Of a stretch of 64,000 nt of DNA, positions 23,127-37,000 are shown piece after piece. Numbering within the stretch: position 1 is the first letter of the stretch; every line of letters begins with the position of its first letter. The DNA comes from Chara braunii. Taxonomy: Eukaryota; Plantae; Charophyceae. The DNA lies in NCBI GenBank assembly GCA_003427395.1, contig BFEA01000018.1:6040413-6104412 (forward strand). The letters run 5' to 3'. The position numbers were made by a program, and so were the translations under genes. The notes beneath the pieces were generated by a model. That model was not told where the DNA came from. It ran no database searches and saw only the letters and a list, made by a program, of their open reading frames with translations.

Positions 23127-23260
23127 CTTTTTTTTTTTTTTTTTTTAAAGGCGGCGGCCTTGAGATATTATCATTGAGCTGACCGCCCCCAAGCGATTCA
23201 TTAGTAGTTGGTTTTACTCATCAAGTTCATGGGTGTACCCACTAAGCTAGGCTCTTCGGT
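23127..23260 (-). mobile_element. tRNA-derived SINE family A copy with poly(A), B-box deleted
   Basis: Near-identical to 45710-45866 apart from a deletion between AGTTC direct repeats; T-run 23127-23146 is the poly(A) on -; imperfect TSD atctatNggNNtc. Confidence 0.7.
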
Positions 23261-24534
23261 ATCTATCGGCCTCTATCCCATGGTCACGCCCCAAACAACA
23301 CTATTGCCGAAAAAAAAGACAAACCCTTACGAAATAAGCATAAGGCCGGACATGAACCTAAACTAAAAGCAAAAAAACAAAAGAACAAAACACAGCCGTC
23401 TAAAAATAAGCAGAAACCGAACTGCCAATCGCGTACAAACGTCTTTCATAAATAAGCTTCTTTGTTCATAAACAGGCGAAGCTCCCACGTCTGGCCGGTC
23501 GTCCGCTGAGTCGCACTCGTCTAATCTAAACCAGTCCAGCCAATCGTGTCCCTCAAACCGTCGTCGGCTACTAAAAACCACTAAACAGCTGGAGCAAAGC
23601 CGTAAGGGTGCTAAACCAGTGAGAAACCACTAAAGCAGCGGGAGCAGGAAACCCCTAAGGGACAACCCCCCTGATCAGTCCCATATGTTCACAAAATGTA
23701 TATTGCAGGCCCCAGATCCCGCGCATTTCCTTGACCCCACATCCGCCTCGTGCGCCACAGAAGGGGTTGTTGACAAATGTCAGCTTATCTGTAAGTCGAG
23801 ACCAGCCATATCTAGGGGAGTAGCCCTCCCCGCTTCAGAGCCAGCACCACACCACCCATCGACCCACGCAACCATTAAGGGCCTCGCCGGACAGTACACG
23901 AAACGAGAAAACAAACTACTTCGTTTCGTGAATGTTTCGCCGCACAGTCAAGAAACGAAAATTGTCAGGAGGAAGTCGCGAAGTGTGTCAGATTTGCAAT
24001 TCATGAGCCTCCACACGTGCCCTTTCCATGCCCGCCTGTAACGCGCGAAAAGTCGTAGGTCCTCCCGAAGGCCGGTTGAGGTGTTGCGGATCGGCGCAAG
24101 TCAGGGAAGTCTGTCCAAACGGAGTGCGTCCAAAATTTTGGACCTTAGTGTGTGCCAGAACTCGCGACCGAAATGAGGAACCACGCGAGTCCTCACGACC
24201 GTTTTGTCCACTGGTTGGGCCCAAACCAGCGGGCTGTCCCCCACTGCGAGCCTCCGCACGTGCCCCTTCCATGCCGCCGCACAGCACACACGAAACGCAA
24301 ACGGATCCCATCAGGTCGCTCCCTCGAGACAGTTCCTGTGTGTTGTGCGGCAATGACGCCAGAAACGAAACGAAACGATGATTTCGGGCCTTGTGAAGCC
24401 CCGCGAGTTCGACGCTCGTTTCGTTTCGTTTCTGGTGCCGTCCGACGAACCCCTAAGCCGCCGCTGCTCTAGCCGTGCCAACAGCGAACTCTGGCAAGCA
24501 GGACCTATACCGTCCCTGCGGCGCGATGCCCAAC

Positions 24535-25680
24535 CGCCGTTTTGCACATTTGGAGCGAGGCCCAAAAACATAGGGCCTCGCCGCACCACTGTCGAAAATG
24601 CGATTTTTGACAGTTCCTCTTCACCACACAAGCTGTAGAAGTCGGAGACAGGAAGAAAATTTGCAAGTTGTCAGAGAACGCTTCTCTACACCTCCTCTCT
24701 AAGGGCCTCACCGTACCACTGTCAAAAGGCACAAAAATTCGACGGCTGTCATAAAAAATTTGACAGCCTCCATTCGACAGTTTGCCCCCCTTCGCCACAC
24801 AGCACTGTAGAGTGCACGCACTTGTGAAAGAAGGATGGAAAAAGATGAACGCTCCTGAGGGTACGACAAGCATCGGTCTATCCCGACCTTACCCCTACTC
24901 ACCATATTTCGAAGCGAAGTCGACATCGCAGCCGAGGAGTGTCGAAACCATCGGAGTAGCAGGCTGGGAATTCAACGACTTTCGACTGGAGGTGTCGAGA
25001 AGCATTCTCTGACAACTTGCAATTTTTCTTCTCGTCTCCGACTTCGACAGCCTGTGTGCCGAAGAGGAACTGTCGAAAATAGCATTTTCGACAGTGGTGC
25101 GGCGAGACCCTAAAGTTGTTGAATCCCCAACCTGCTACTCCGATGCTTTCGACACTCCTCGGCTGCGCCGTCGACTTCGAGGCTCGCCACACAGGCTGTC
25201 GAATGTTGAAAATTTTCAACAGGTGTCAGAAAATTTTCGACAGTCGGGCCGTCGACAGTTTCGCCCCCCTTCTGTCGAGGGGCGAGGTTGTCGAAAGTTG
25301 CCAAGTCGACTCAGCCTTTCGACAGGTGCTGTGTGGCGATGGCGGTGGCCTGTCGGGAGTTGTTACAGGGATGAATTTATGCGCGCAAGCGGACCAGATG
25401 TCGACGCCGTTTTCGACAGCAACTGTTGACTACATACGGACAAACAGGCAACTGCTGTCACGGAGCAGTCCCGGAGAATGGAAAATCGGAGGCGTTTTTC
25501 GAAAGGTGGGCGGGCCTTCGAAAGGTGGGCGGTCCACTGTCGAATTTCCGTCACCAGCAGGCTGGAGGAAACGGTTGCTGGAGGGCGGCTGTCGAAAGTG
25601 CCATCCTGACACCTGTGGAAAGTTTTTTGAGGCAGGTGGGGGACTCCGCAGGCGTTCCAGTAGCGCTCTGGATGCGCTAA
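24535..25680 (+). repeat. TCGA-rich interspersed repeat family (CGCCACACAG motif), copy 1
   Basis: 24700-24915 is the reverse complement of 41611-41750 plus 33690-33765; further pieces at 44870-45960. Confidence 0.75.
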
Positions 25681-26284
25681 GTTGGCGTCAGTTCGTTTGC
25701 AGCCTAGCGCTAACCTTCCGCGCCAGGGTCAGGCGGCGCTTACGAGAAAGGAGCATGTTTCAGATCCATGGGACGTTTTGGGGAAAGAAGCGTGCCGCGA
25801 CTAGATGCCGACATAGTTGAGCTATGCCGATGGGTGGTTATACTCAACTATTCCTTAATTGGAATAGGAACGCCGTTGCGTTCGGAACATGACCCCTAGT
25901 CGTTTCCCTTGCTTTTCTTGTATTCAATACTTTTATTTACCATTTTTCTGACGAGGATTCTGTGCGTAGTTATGAAACTAATCAATCGCCCAGAGAGAAG
26001 TGGCGGCCACAAGTTTGAGAATTGATTGCTATGAAGGCATACCAGGAGAGTTGACTCATGGACGGTATTTGTGGTAAACTTCCGTAACCCTCTCTATTTT
26101 CTTTTCCCTCGCAGCAATTCTGTCTGGTGATGGCAGCTTTGTGATGTGGACAGGTGACTATAATTTATTGAGGCTTGGTCAAACTAACGCAGTCCTATCT
26201 AGGAGAGAGGAGCATCTTGATTTCCTGTCTGCGTGTATCGTATGAGGAAGTATCCCGAGACTGTCCCAAGATTAGTAGAGAAGG

Positions 26285-28730
26285 TTGGTCGTAGCCTTTC
26301 CAGAGGTCAATCTAGGGATGGAACCGAAAAACAAGGGCAGAGGGTCGGCAACCCCTTCATCTCCGGACAAAGCCCGCCTGAGTCAATTAATGCAAGATTG
26401 TTACCACGAAGGGATCTTACCAAAAGGGATAATTATTGACCATCCGGACCAGATAGAGAGAAGAGATGACTATGTTAGAGTCAACATCTCCCCCGAAGCC
26501 TATGCCGCTCAGACGGAATGGCTTGAGGAGCATGGAGTAACCATTATGTTTGGGCTGGAATCCGACTCCTTCTCGGTCGGGCTGAAAAAGAAGATCATAA
26601 GGACTTACGAGAATAGTTGGATAGGAAGTGCGATGTTGGGTCCGGAGCCGAGACGAGGCTTATTTAAGAACGAAGGAAGAAGCCTCATCTCCTACATTAC
26701 AAGTACAAAGGCAATTGTCGAGTACCTCCGCCTGAAAGGGCATGACGAGGTCAGATTGGATGGTAAATTGCACAGGCTTACAATCCGCCCTTGGATGTCG
26801 GAATCGGAACTCCAGGTCTGGAGGGAGACGAATAGATTTGTTTTTTTCAAGGTCAAGTGTCTCCACTTTCCGTTAGCAGTGATGCCAGTTATCGAGGAGG
26901 CAGTTGCGAAAGCGTTTGGAAGGGTAATTAAGACTCATCCCATGACCAAAAATCCAGTCGAACCCGAATTACATAATATTCGATTCGACCTCGAACCCTC
27001 GGCGACAGACAATTATGCACCATACTTGGTCATCGGTATTCTCGATGGGCATGAGACTATCGTAACTATAGAAGTCGCCTGTGCCTCCTCGGAATGGTGC
27101 TCAGCCTGCAAGCAATATTTTCACTTAGAGGGTGATCCAGACTGTCCGACAAAAAGATGGAAGACAAGGCCCTCACCTGACGATATTGAGAAGGGACCCC
27201 CCGATGCGTCTGAGAGATGAGCCATGGAGAAACAAAAGGAGATTGAAAGGGAAAGGGAACGCAGGTGGGAGGAGGAAAAGGAACGGGAGAAAGAATGAGA
27301 GAAGGCGAAACAGATGGATATTGATAAGGCGAAAGAGATTGAGGACAGGGAAAGGGAAAAATAGAAGGAGAGAGAGAAGGAAAAAGAGAGAGAGTTGGAA
27401 AGAGAAAAGGAGAAGGAGCGTGAACGAGATAGCCTGAGAAGGGCCGAGTTGGAAAGAGAGGGAGAAAGGGAGAAGGAGAAGGAGATGGAGATGGAAAGAG
27501 GAAGACTGATGGAAAGGGAAAGGGAGTTGGAGAGAAGGAGAGAAAGGCTCAGAGAAGAAGAGGAACAACGGGAGAGATTTATGGCCTTAAGAGAGTTAGA
27601 GGAGTATGAGGAGGGGGATAAGGAGGGATTGAGCAGAAGCGGAAGCCTCGGAGAGGTATTGAGAGTCAGGGACCGGGAACGGGAGAGATCCCCACCGCCC
27701 TTTGTAAGGCCCATCCCCACTTTTATCTCATCAGCACCACCCCCCCGGTCAGTTAACAGCACTCGCACGATCAGGTGGAAACCCGACCAATTGGGACTCT
27801 ACCTCCTTTGTCACCACTCACGAGAACTCTATGTTTCAAAGGCATGTGACCCCCTCTCCCCCAGGCGTGGATCTGAACGATCCTCTCTAAGAGGATGATG
27901 AGGGGGATGCAGGTACCACTCCTGCAGGGGAGATTCGGTTAATTACCGATAGCAGATCTGAGACAGGAGAAGACATGCAAATGGTGGATCCCTTGTTAGC
28001 TGTCCCAGTCAGACCAGCGGCAGACAATCCAGCAGGGGACACAGTAGGCCCCGAGTCACCTTCGAAGAGAAAGGGAGCCTCCAGGGCCACCCCGTACGTA
28101 CTTGATGCATCAGGCAGGAAATCCCTGAGAAGCAAAGCGAAGGCCCCAGAGGGGAGACAGTCCCTCACTAAAGCTTTACCGATGGTAACTGCCTTGAGGA
28201 AAGAAAAAAACAAAACAGAGAGTTTCTTGGTACCGTTGATTTGTTCTTCCTCCAATCAGGGTCCCCTCTTATTTACAAAGGAATTGTCTGAAACAGAGTT
28301 TGACTTGCCAATTTTCCAAGTACAAGCCCCTCCCTCAGAGCAGCAATTTATCGAAGCGGCCAACCAGGTACTCAACGGGTTTTGTCCCGTTGGCTTCGTT
28401 CCGGACCCTCGAATAGGCCGTCACGTGATATCAACTGGGAAGGACTTGAAAGTTTGTCTGTATTTCACCTTTTTGAACATTCACTTTGAGGACGACACCC
28501 AGGAGAACCTGAAATCCTTGGCCCCCCATTGGACTCTTCTCGAAAATTTTGTAACGATCGGCCATGAAACTCCTGGGAAATTCCGCTTAACGGATAAGGC
28601 ATCAGGGCAGGATCTAGCAGATTGGTTCCGACACGCTGATATGAAGGACACGATCCTAGGTTCGGCCCTGACCAACACCCTTCGAGAACCGTGGTATTTG
28701 AATAGAGAAGGAAACAAAGACAAGCCGTGA
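26285..28730 (+). pseudogene. LINE-A ORF1 (RRM-like region, CX2CX4HX6C knuckle, E/R/K coiled coil, conserved C-terminal domain), disrupted
   Basis: ORF pieces 26285-27220, 27395-27898 and 27975-28730; knuckle CSACKQYFHLEGDPDC. Confidence 0.8.
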
Positions 28731-28797
28731 AGCAAAAACCCTGTGTTGATGGCAGCCCACCCTATCCAAAAGCAGGGAGTACTACGGGCGTTGTCCC

Positions 28798-31700
28798 ATG
28801 GTACTGCCGAATAGGTTAAGAATAACATCATGGAATGCTCAGGGTTTAGGGGATACTACGAGGAGGCACAAAAGAAGCAGACTTACTTCCTGGTTTCATT
28901 CTGAAAACGTGCAGATCCTTTGCATACAAGAAACCAAATTAGACTCGGATAAACTATCGCATGCAAGGAACTAGTGGAGGGGACCACAATTTGGGGCCCG
29001 CGCGGACGGGACCAAAGGAGGTACAGCAGTCTTATTTCACAACGACCTTGAAGTCGAGATTCTCGATTTCTTCTCAGATTCTGCAGGACGCTTTGTATGG
29101 GTTAAATTTTCCATAGGAACAGAGGACTGGGCCGTTATGTCCATCTACGCACCGGTAGACTATAAGGAAAGGACTCCCTTCTTAGCTAATCTTCCAGCCT
29201 TTATTCTGGATACCGAACATCTATTGCTAGCGGCAGATTGGAACACGATTATAACCCCAGGACTAAACACTCCCCGACTAGACCCGCTGAGAGATAAATC
29301 TAAGTTGTTGATCGACTTCATGGAATCACAGAGCTTAACAGATGTTTATCGTGTATTGAACCCAGAGTCGAACGGGTTCACATGGTTCAGCGCTCTAGCC
29401 TCAGGGAGGAGACTAGATTTCTTCCTAGCTAGGGGGTCAACATGGGATCGCTGTATATGGGCGGACTACCAATTCAGCTCCCTCTCAGATCACTATCCAA
29501 TGATCATGGACGTCCTCACAAGGGATAATGTGGAACGAATGGGCGGTACCTTCCGGTTAAATGTAGCTAATTTAAAAGATAAGGGAATAAAAGAGTGGGT
29601 GACTAAACACATGTCTGATTGGTATAAGGCCAAATTCCTATTTCAAACAGAGGAAGAATGGGCCGATACAGGGTTAGCTGTGATTTCAAATACCATGAAC
29701 GTTTTTTCTCAGATTAAAGCTGGGAGAAGGAATAAGGCTGAGAAAGATTTGAAAGTGGAAATCGCCGAAGCAGAAAAAACAGATAGGCTCGGACCAATAC
29801 GCAAATCACTTTTGGTCAAAAAAAGAGGAAAGAACTTCTGTTGGCGCTGGAAGAGCTAGAAGTAAGAAAACAAACTCAGTGGCTAGAATGATTAAACTTA
29901 AGGGGCATTACGGGCTATGACAGAATGGCGAAATTAACTTTTCGGTCGTTGATGTTACGTCAATCCAGACCTCTGCTGAGGCAACTTGCCCACCCGCTTA
30001 ACCCTTCGCTCCCAGTCACAGACTCCATCCAACACATGTGTGAATATGCCAAGGATTATTTCAAGGATATTTTTTCGACAACAAGGCAAGAGTCGAACTT
30101 TGACGTTGATTTGTCTATCAACTCAAGATATTGGGAAAGATCGAAGGCAACGATCTCTAGGCAAGGGAAACTGGATCTTGATAGACCTTTTACAACAACG
30201 GAGTTAAATCAGGCATTGAAAGGCATGAAATCAGGTAAATGCCCAGGTCCCGATGGGATCCCGATGGAATTTTTTGAGGAAACTTAGGATTCAATGGGCC
30301 CTTTCCTCACAGACATCAGCAACCGGCTATTGGTAGGCGGACCTCTTCCAAAGGGCTTGACAAGGGGTGTTATTTCATTAATGTACAAGAAGGAAGACAA
30401 AAAGGAAGTGAAGAACTACCAGACTATTTCCCTTTTGAAGGTAACTTACAAGATAATAGTGAAAGCAGTAGCGGGCAGACTGGCCAGATATCTGCCTGAG
30501 ATAATCGGCCAAGAGCAGGGGGCCTTCGTTAAAGGCAGATCAATACACGAGAACATTATGGCAATCCTACAAGCCTTAGAAATTATCGCTGCGAAAAACA
30601 GGAACGTGAAGACACTGCTGATAGACATGGATAAAGGTTATGACAAAGTGGGTTGGGCTTTCGTTGCCACCACACTCAAAATTATGAACTTTGGCTCGAA
30701 TTTTTTGAAGGTAGTGAAAGCACTGTACTCACAGGGTACGACACATGTTAATGTCAACGGATGTCTATCGCAGGAAATCACGCTCACCCGCTCCCTGCGG
30801 CAAGGCTGCCCGCTGGCCCCGCTGCTGTTCGTCATTCAATTAGAAGTCCTGTTGGATAATATCAGGTTCAACGAGGAAATAACCGGTTTATATATGTCTG
30901 AGAAGCTTAATTGGAAAGGGAACGCGCTAGCAAACGATTTGACCTTGATATGTAAAAATACGCGATCCTCACTAACCGAGCTTAGGAGATTACTAGAGGA
31001 GTACTGTCATTTGTCGGAAGCCTCGATTAATTGGTCAAAGTCCTCCTACTTGCTGCCTGAACCATTCAACATTGCATGCGATTGGGGTATGAACAGACTT
31101 AGAGAGAGGGACTCGGAACGTTTGCTGGGGGTTCAAGTCTCTTTAGGGAATGCCACCTCAAGACAAGACGACCTCTTGGAAACAAAAGTGGCCAGGATAG
31201 CGAATTGGGAGAGAGGCCACCAACTGTCATTATTTGGTCGAGCCTTAGTACTAACAGTAGCGGTCTTTTCCATCTTGTGGTTCCCTTTGGTGTTGCACCT
31301 GTTGAGTGATCGAGCCTACAGAAATGTTAAGCAAGAGGCAACCCGTTACATATGGAAACCAACGTTAAAAGAAGGAGAGGGTTATCTTACCAAAGTCGCC
31401 TGGGAAGTAGTAGCCCAGCCCAGATCAGAAGGGGGCTTGGGGCTAATAGATCCCAGACAACAGAATTTGGCACTACTAGCGAGGTGGCCAGTGAAGGCTA
31501 TGACAGCCGGGAATGGGGAACATAAGGTATGAATTGATTTTGTTGAATATATTTTAGGTACTGGGTGGGGGCTGAAAGACAGAAGCTTAGTTTGGCCTTG
31601 CCTCTTGCTGCCTTCATTTGCCAATAGGCACCCAAAATCGCGCCTTTGGGGAGATATCCTCAAGGCTCGGAGGGTATTATATCCAGAGCTTATCAACCCT

Positions 31701-33032
31701 CCGGCTTCGAAGGACATGGTGCTGAACCAGATGCTTTTTGAAAATGTGTTTATTTTGCAAACTGACGGCTCAACCTTTTCAGCAGCGGATACTGCAGGGA
31801 GCTTTGGAGAGAGCTGGATTTCAAAAGGAGTTTTGAAGGTAAGAGATCTGTGGGACAATGCGACCCAGGATTGGATTACTTTCCCCACACTTCGTCGTCT
31901 TCTCCCCCGACTACATAATGTGCGGCTGCACTTCGAAGCATTAAAAGCGGCTATCCCTCAGCAATGGGTTACGCTCTTAAAGGAGACAGCACCTCTGAAG
32001 ACGGGCACATGGCTCAGAGCCCCAACAACAGAAGAGAAGTTTTGGAGAATCCTTGCTCCGAATTTGAACCAAGATACGAAGATTCAAGAGTGGCAACCAC
32101 GACCACAAATGAATGATTCACTGCCCTTCGCGCGGCCTCTGCAACTGGTGGATGAAAGGACTGAGAGAGTGCAAGGAGATCAGGAGGAAGCTAGAGTCTG
32201 AACATCGTTAGATGCTAAAGGTAAAGAAATATGTCAAGGGGGCATTCTTACTTCGGATCTAAAGGTCGAACCCTACCTTTACGGATGGAGGGGGAAAGGA
32301 GGGAAACCAAACCAGATACCTTTGCCCTTTTATTCCTCAAAGGTAGGGAGAGAACAACAGCGGGCCAAGGTTACAAAAACACCTGCTACTTTGGCACTCA
32401 AGCGGTGGAACGACTACTGTCTGAACCTGTTATCAGTAGATGATTTGAGGTCCCTCTCGGCCCATTTGAAGCGAATGACCAATCAGAAGACCAGAGCGTT
32501 ACTTTGGCTTCAATCTTTGCAGGTAGTGGCCTCAGCCACCTGGCTAGCTTCGTGACGCATGACAGTTTCCCAGACTTGCGCGCGATGCAAGTGGGCCTGG
32601 GAGTCTACAGTTCACCTGTGGTTACATTGCCCGATTTCAATTAGATTATGGCAATGGTGGAGGCATCATTGGAGGAACTTCACAACTCAAACCCCAAGAC
32701 AGGTTCTTGAGTGGACCGACTCATGGATCTTGACTGGCGTAGCAGAAAAGTCAAAATTGCATGACAGAGGCTGGGGCTATGTGGCCCAAACCTGTAGAGG
32801 CATTTGTATGAGGATACTGTGGCAGATCAGGAACGATGCCCTATTTAAGAACGAGCACTCGACATGGAAGCATACTCAGAACACAGTTAAAGCAGACATA
32901 AGGAATGTAATGTGGGCAGATTGGCAGAAAAAAGGTAAGCTTTGGTTTTCGACCACCTGGGCGATTGGCAATCGGCTTTCCACAGTTAGCACTGACCTAA
33001 AGATGGAGATCGGCTCGTGGCTTAGGGCCTAA
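28798..33032 (+). pseudogene. LINE-A ORF2 (endonuclease + reverse transcriptase), disrupted
   Basis: SWNAQGL, CIQETKL, AADWN, RLDFF, SDHYP, KCPGPDGIP, LRQGCPLAPLLF, ALANDL, EGGLGL, CARC...ESTVHLWLHCP. Confidence 0.93.
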
Positions 33033-33390
33033 GGACTGAATGTCAAAGGGTTACTGTGCAGGAGAACACTCGAAGGTTCAAACAGTGACGAGGAGCCGAT
33101 TTTAGACTCTTATGAAAGAAGGAAGGCTTTGCTCTAGGGACCTTTCGTGTGGGTATCCCATTATATTTTTATTTGAGGTACTTTTGGGGACTGCGCAGAT
33201 TTTGGTACTCTAGGTTGAGTTTCTCAGTAGCATTACAATCATAGTGGTAGGAGTGGTTGTAGGCTAGGTGAGTCTAGAAGCTAAACCGGCTGATCCTGCC
33301 GAGATAACTCCGGGTTGAATTGTGAGGTCCCCGGCCTCGTGACACGATTTCGAAATAAAGTTTGTTCGCATTAAAAAAAAAAAAAAAAAG

Positions 33391-33527
33391 TTTTTTTTTT
33401 TTTTTTTTTTATCAAAACGAAACCCTTTATTCATCTGTAAAAACTCGAGGCCGGGGACCCCACAATTCAACCCGGAGTTATCCTGGCAGCATCAGCCAGT
33501 TTAGCTTTGGAGAAGGCTGATCTAGGC
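33391..33527 (-). mobile_element. Short 5'-truncated LINE 3' end (or LINE-tail SINE), tail-to-tail with LINE-A
   Basis: Poly(T) 33391-33410, TTTATT 33426-33431, and a ~60-bp inverted match to the LINE-A 3' UTR. Confidence 0.85.
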
Positions 33528-34092
33528 ACAAAAATGACCAATTCTGGGCCGCTGGCCTGAAACCAAAAGAAAGTTTTTTGAGCCGCAATTCTTTGAAAGT
33601 TTGTGTGGCCATGCAAAATTGTCGAAAACCGGGTTTTCGAGACACCGGGTTTTTGAGACAGCCTGTGTGGCAAGCCTCTTCGCTTAGAAATTCGAAATTT
33701 GGTGAGTGGGGGTAAGGTCGGGATGGACTAATGCTTGTCGTACCCTCAGGGGCGTTCGTCTTTTTACTGCATAAATAAGCACAGACGATATGTATTATTA
33801 AATCAACATAGTGTTCGAGGTCGGGGACCTCACAATTCAACCCTGGAGAATAAGCACAGCATAACAGCAAATTGATACCAGACCAACCTGGCTAACCAAC
33901 ACAAGCACAAATAAAGGTACTACTTTGCTGCTCAACGACCTCTTACTAGTCTACAGTTCTACAAACCAGAACGACCACTATCTCAGTTAACCATCATGAC
34001 TCTAACTCGAGTCTAGGTGATGTGAGTTCTGCAGACAAGGCTTCAACTTAACGACCGAGTGACCAGGTAGGTTACGCCTTTCCTCTACTACC

Positions 34093-37000
34093 TTACTCCG
34101 ACTGCAGCCATTTGGATACTACCAACTTCCCATTCAGGGATACTGCTGCCAAACGGTTATTCTTGACCCATGTCAGAAGAAACCACAGTCTGGCCTTATC
34201 CCGTTTCGAAGCTTCTGTGGCGAGGACTTTCCTCCTCCAATCCACGTTAATCATCTGGCGGACGGTGACCTTCATCCCTGCCTTCAAAGCCGTATCCGAA
34301 AGATATCTTCTATTAAACAGCACTGAGTTCCTTTCCTTCCAGATCCACCATAACGCCGTTGCCGGAATGGTTGCTGCCACATAGCCCCACTCCTTATCAT
34401 AAGACAGTGTGAGGGGGAGCTGCCCTGTGAGGGCCCAATCCAGGTCCCAGTTGATAGCTGTTGGGCCTCCCATGTTTTTCCAATGATAGGCCCACCACTG
34501 CCATATACGTTTCGAGAGTGGGCAGTTGCCCCATAGATGTTCTGAATTTTTCATTCCCCGATGGCATCTGGCGCATTGGATGTCCACCTCCATACCCCTC
34601 AGGAAGAGCGCCTCGGCATCAAGCGGGGCCACGTGGACGATCAGCCAGACAATGGCCGAGCATCTAGTGTTGGGCAGCCTTCGACAAACACGCCACATGT
34701 TCTGATAATAGGCCACCGATAGAGTTGTGCCTGTGGGAGCTCGCGGGTGTGCCGCCTGGATCTTCACCGTTGAACTGCCCTGACTGCGTTTCAACTGCAT
34801 CCCCAGGCGTGAGGAATACTTGTGAAGTTATGGCCTTCCCCGGGCATTTTCGCCCATCCATACATGACAATGTCCACCTGCATCAGTCTTATCGGGGTTC
34901 CATCCATGTATACGAATGGTTGGGCCGGGCCCCGAGTTGAGAAACGGACCGACACCCGCACCTCCTCTGTCTCCCACCGCCCTTGAATGGTCCGTTCTTC
35001 TTTGAACTTCAGAGAATCCAGCTTGCGTCCCTCTTTAACCTCCCTTTCCCACACTTCCACCTGACCATTGCTCGATTGTTTATAGTATTCCTCACTGTTC
35101 CTCATTCTAAGGAGAGGCCGAGACCACATCTCCGTCGTTGCTGTTCCTGTTTCTGACAGCAACTGCTTCCATTCCATGGGAATAGCTGCTATGATCTCCA
35201 TCCTCCTGACTTCCACATGCCAAAGTCTACCCAGATTCGTACGCAAAGTCGTCATGGTCTTCCAGTCCGATTGCTGCTCGTCCCAAAGATCTTCGATCCG
35301 TAATACACCCCTTTCCACCCATGCTCTACCAAAACTTCCCTGACCCACTATCTGAAAGGGTGTCCCATCCGGCTTCGTAATCCATTCATTTTCAAATAAC
35401 GGTTGTCGCAGCACTTCATCCTTGGTACGGGGTTCCCTTAGCAGATTTGGAGCGAGTGCTTTCCATGCCAATAGGACACCGTTCCAGAAAGCAGACTTCA
35501 CCCTACGTCGTTGGTAGGGGTCCATTGTCAACAGAAGCCATACGTCCTCCCCTCTGCTGAGGTTCCATTCCTTTGCAAAAATATACTCAGCAAGGGCCAT
35601 CCAGCTGCGACCTTCTGTGTCCATAGCTGCCTTCACTGGCCATTTGCACAGTAAGGCTGCATTCTGGCGCTCCGGGTCCAAAAGGCCCAGTCCACCTTCC
35701 TTCTTCGTAGCCGATATCTTATCCCATGCCAACTCTGACATAAAACCTTGTTGTTCCTCTGCGCCGGGCTTCCAGATGAATATGGCTGCAGATCTTCTGA
35801 TGCCTTTTGTTGTTCCCTTACTCAGTTTCCTCACCGAACCCGCGTACCACAGCTGGGAGAAGACTGTTGCGTTAAGAACCAAGACTCTCCCGAAAAGCGA
35901 CAGATCGTAGATGTCCTTCCAAGTCTGAATTCTCCATTCCACCCGTTCCACCAAGATCCTATCTTGCACATCACCATAATCATTCAACGATACTTGGACT
36001 CCGAGGAATCTTTCGGAGCAGTCAGCAAGAATCTTCTTCATTCCCAAATCCACACTAATCGAAAACAGGTTGGGTAAAAAATACACTGATTTTAGCCAAT
36101 TGACCTCAGCCTCACATAGTTCGCAATATTCACCTAATATCCTTCTTACGGTCGCCAGGGATTCTGCTGTGTTCCAAGATACTATCGTCAAGTCATCTGC
36201 TAACGCACTGCTTTTAAACTGGATGTGACCGCGCACTCTTAATCCTTCCACCTGTGAGTTCTTCCCGACGTTATTGAGCAACACGTCCATTTGTAGGACA
36301 AACAATAGTGGCGCCAAAGGGCAGCCTTGTCTCAGCGAGCGGGTCAGAGGGAATGCCGCTGAGATTTTTCCGTTAATCATAACTGAGGCTGTGGCGTGGA
36401 AGTACATTGCTTTCACCCATGTGCATAATTGTGTGTCGATGCCCATATGCTTCAAAGTGGTTAGGACAAAGGTCCAGCTCACGCTGTTGTAGGCTTTCTC
36501 CAAGTCAAGGAGGAGGACCGCCATATCAAGGTTTTCTTCTGCAATGACCTCCATTGCCTCCACGACAGATACTATGTTTTCCAAAATAGATCTGCCCTTA
36601 ACGAAGGCCCCCTGATCCATTCCTACTAAATCCGGTAAATAATCCGCCAACCTGATGGCTAAAGTTTTTACCAGCAGTTTGTACACTGTGTTTAGGAGAG
36701 AAATAGGGCGCCAATTCCGGATATTGCTTTTGTCCCCTTTTTTGAACAAGAGTGCGATGATCCCTTTAGTCATACAGGCTGGCAGCTACGTCCCTAATAA
36801 CACCCCAGTATAAACTTCTACTAAATCCGAACAGAACAAGTGCCAGCAGGAGAGAAAAAATTCAATGGGTAAGCCATCCTCCCCTGGCGCTTTCCCCTTT
36901 GACATTTGACCAGCTGCATGCGTGAGTTCTTCGACGGTAATCGGTCTATCCAGGGCCAGGCGCCCTTGAGTAGAGATTCTGACATTCGTATTAACCCAAA

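Larger units (their letters stand above)
25700..33389 (+). mobile_element. L1/Tx1-like LINE (LINE-A), near full length, decayed
   Basis: ORF1 + ORF2 (APE endonuclease, RT, C-terminal Cys/His), AATAAA 33354-33359, poly(A) 33373-33389; 5' end approximate. Confidence 0.92.

Noticed and set aside
23145-23165. Kolobok-like TTAA|AGG terminus (also 45709)
   Set aside because: No matching second TIR; it is the 3' end plus A tail of SINE family A on the minus strand.
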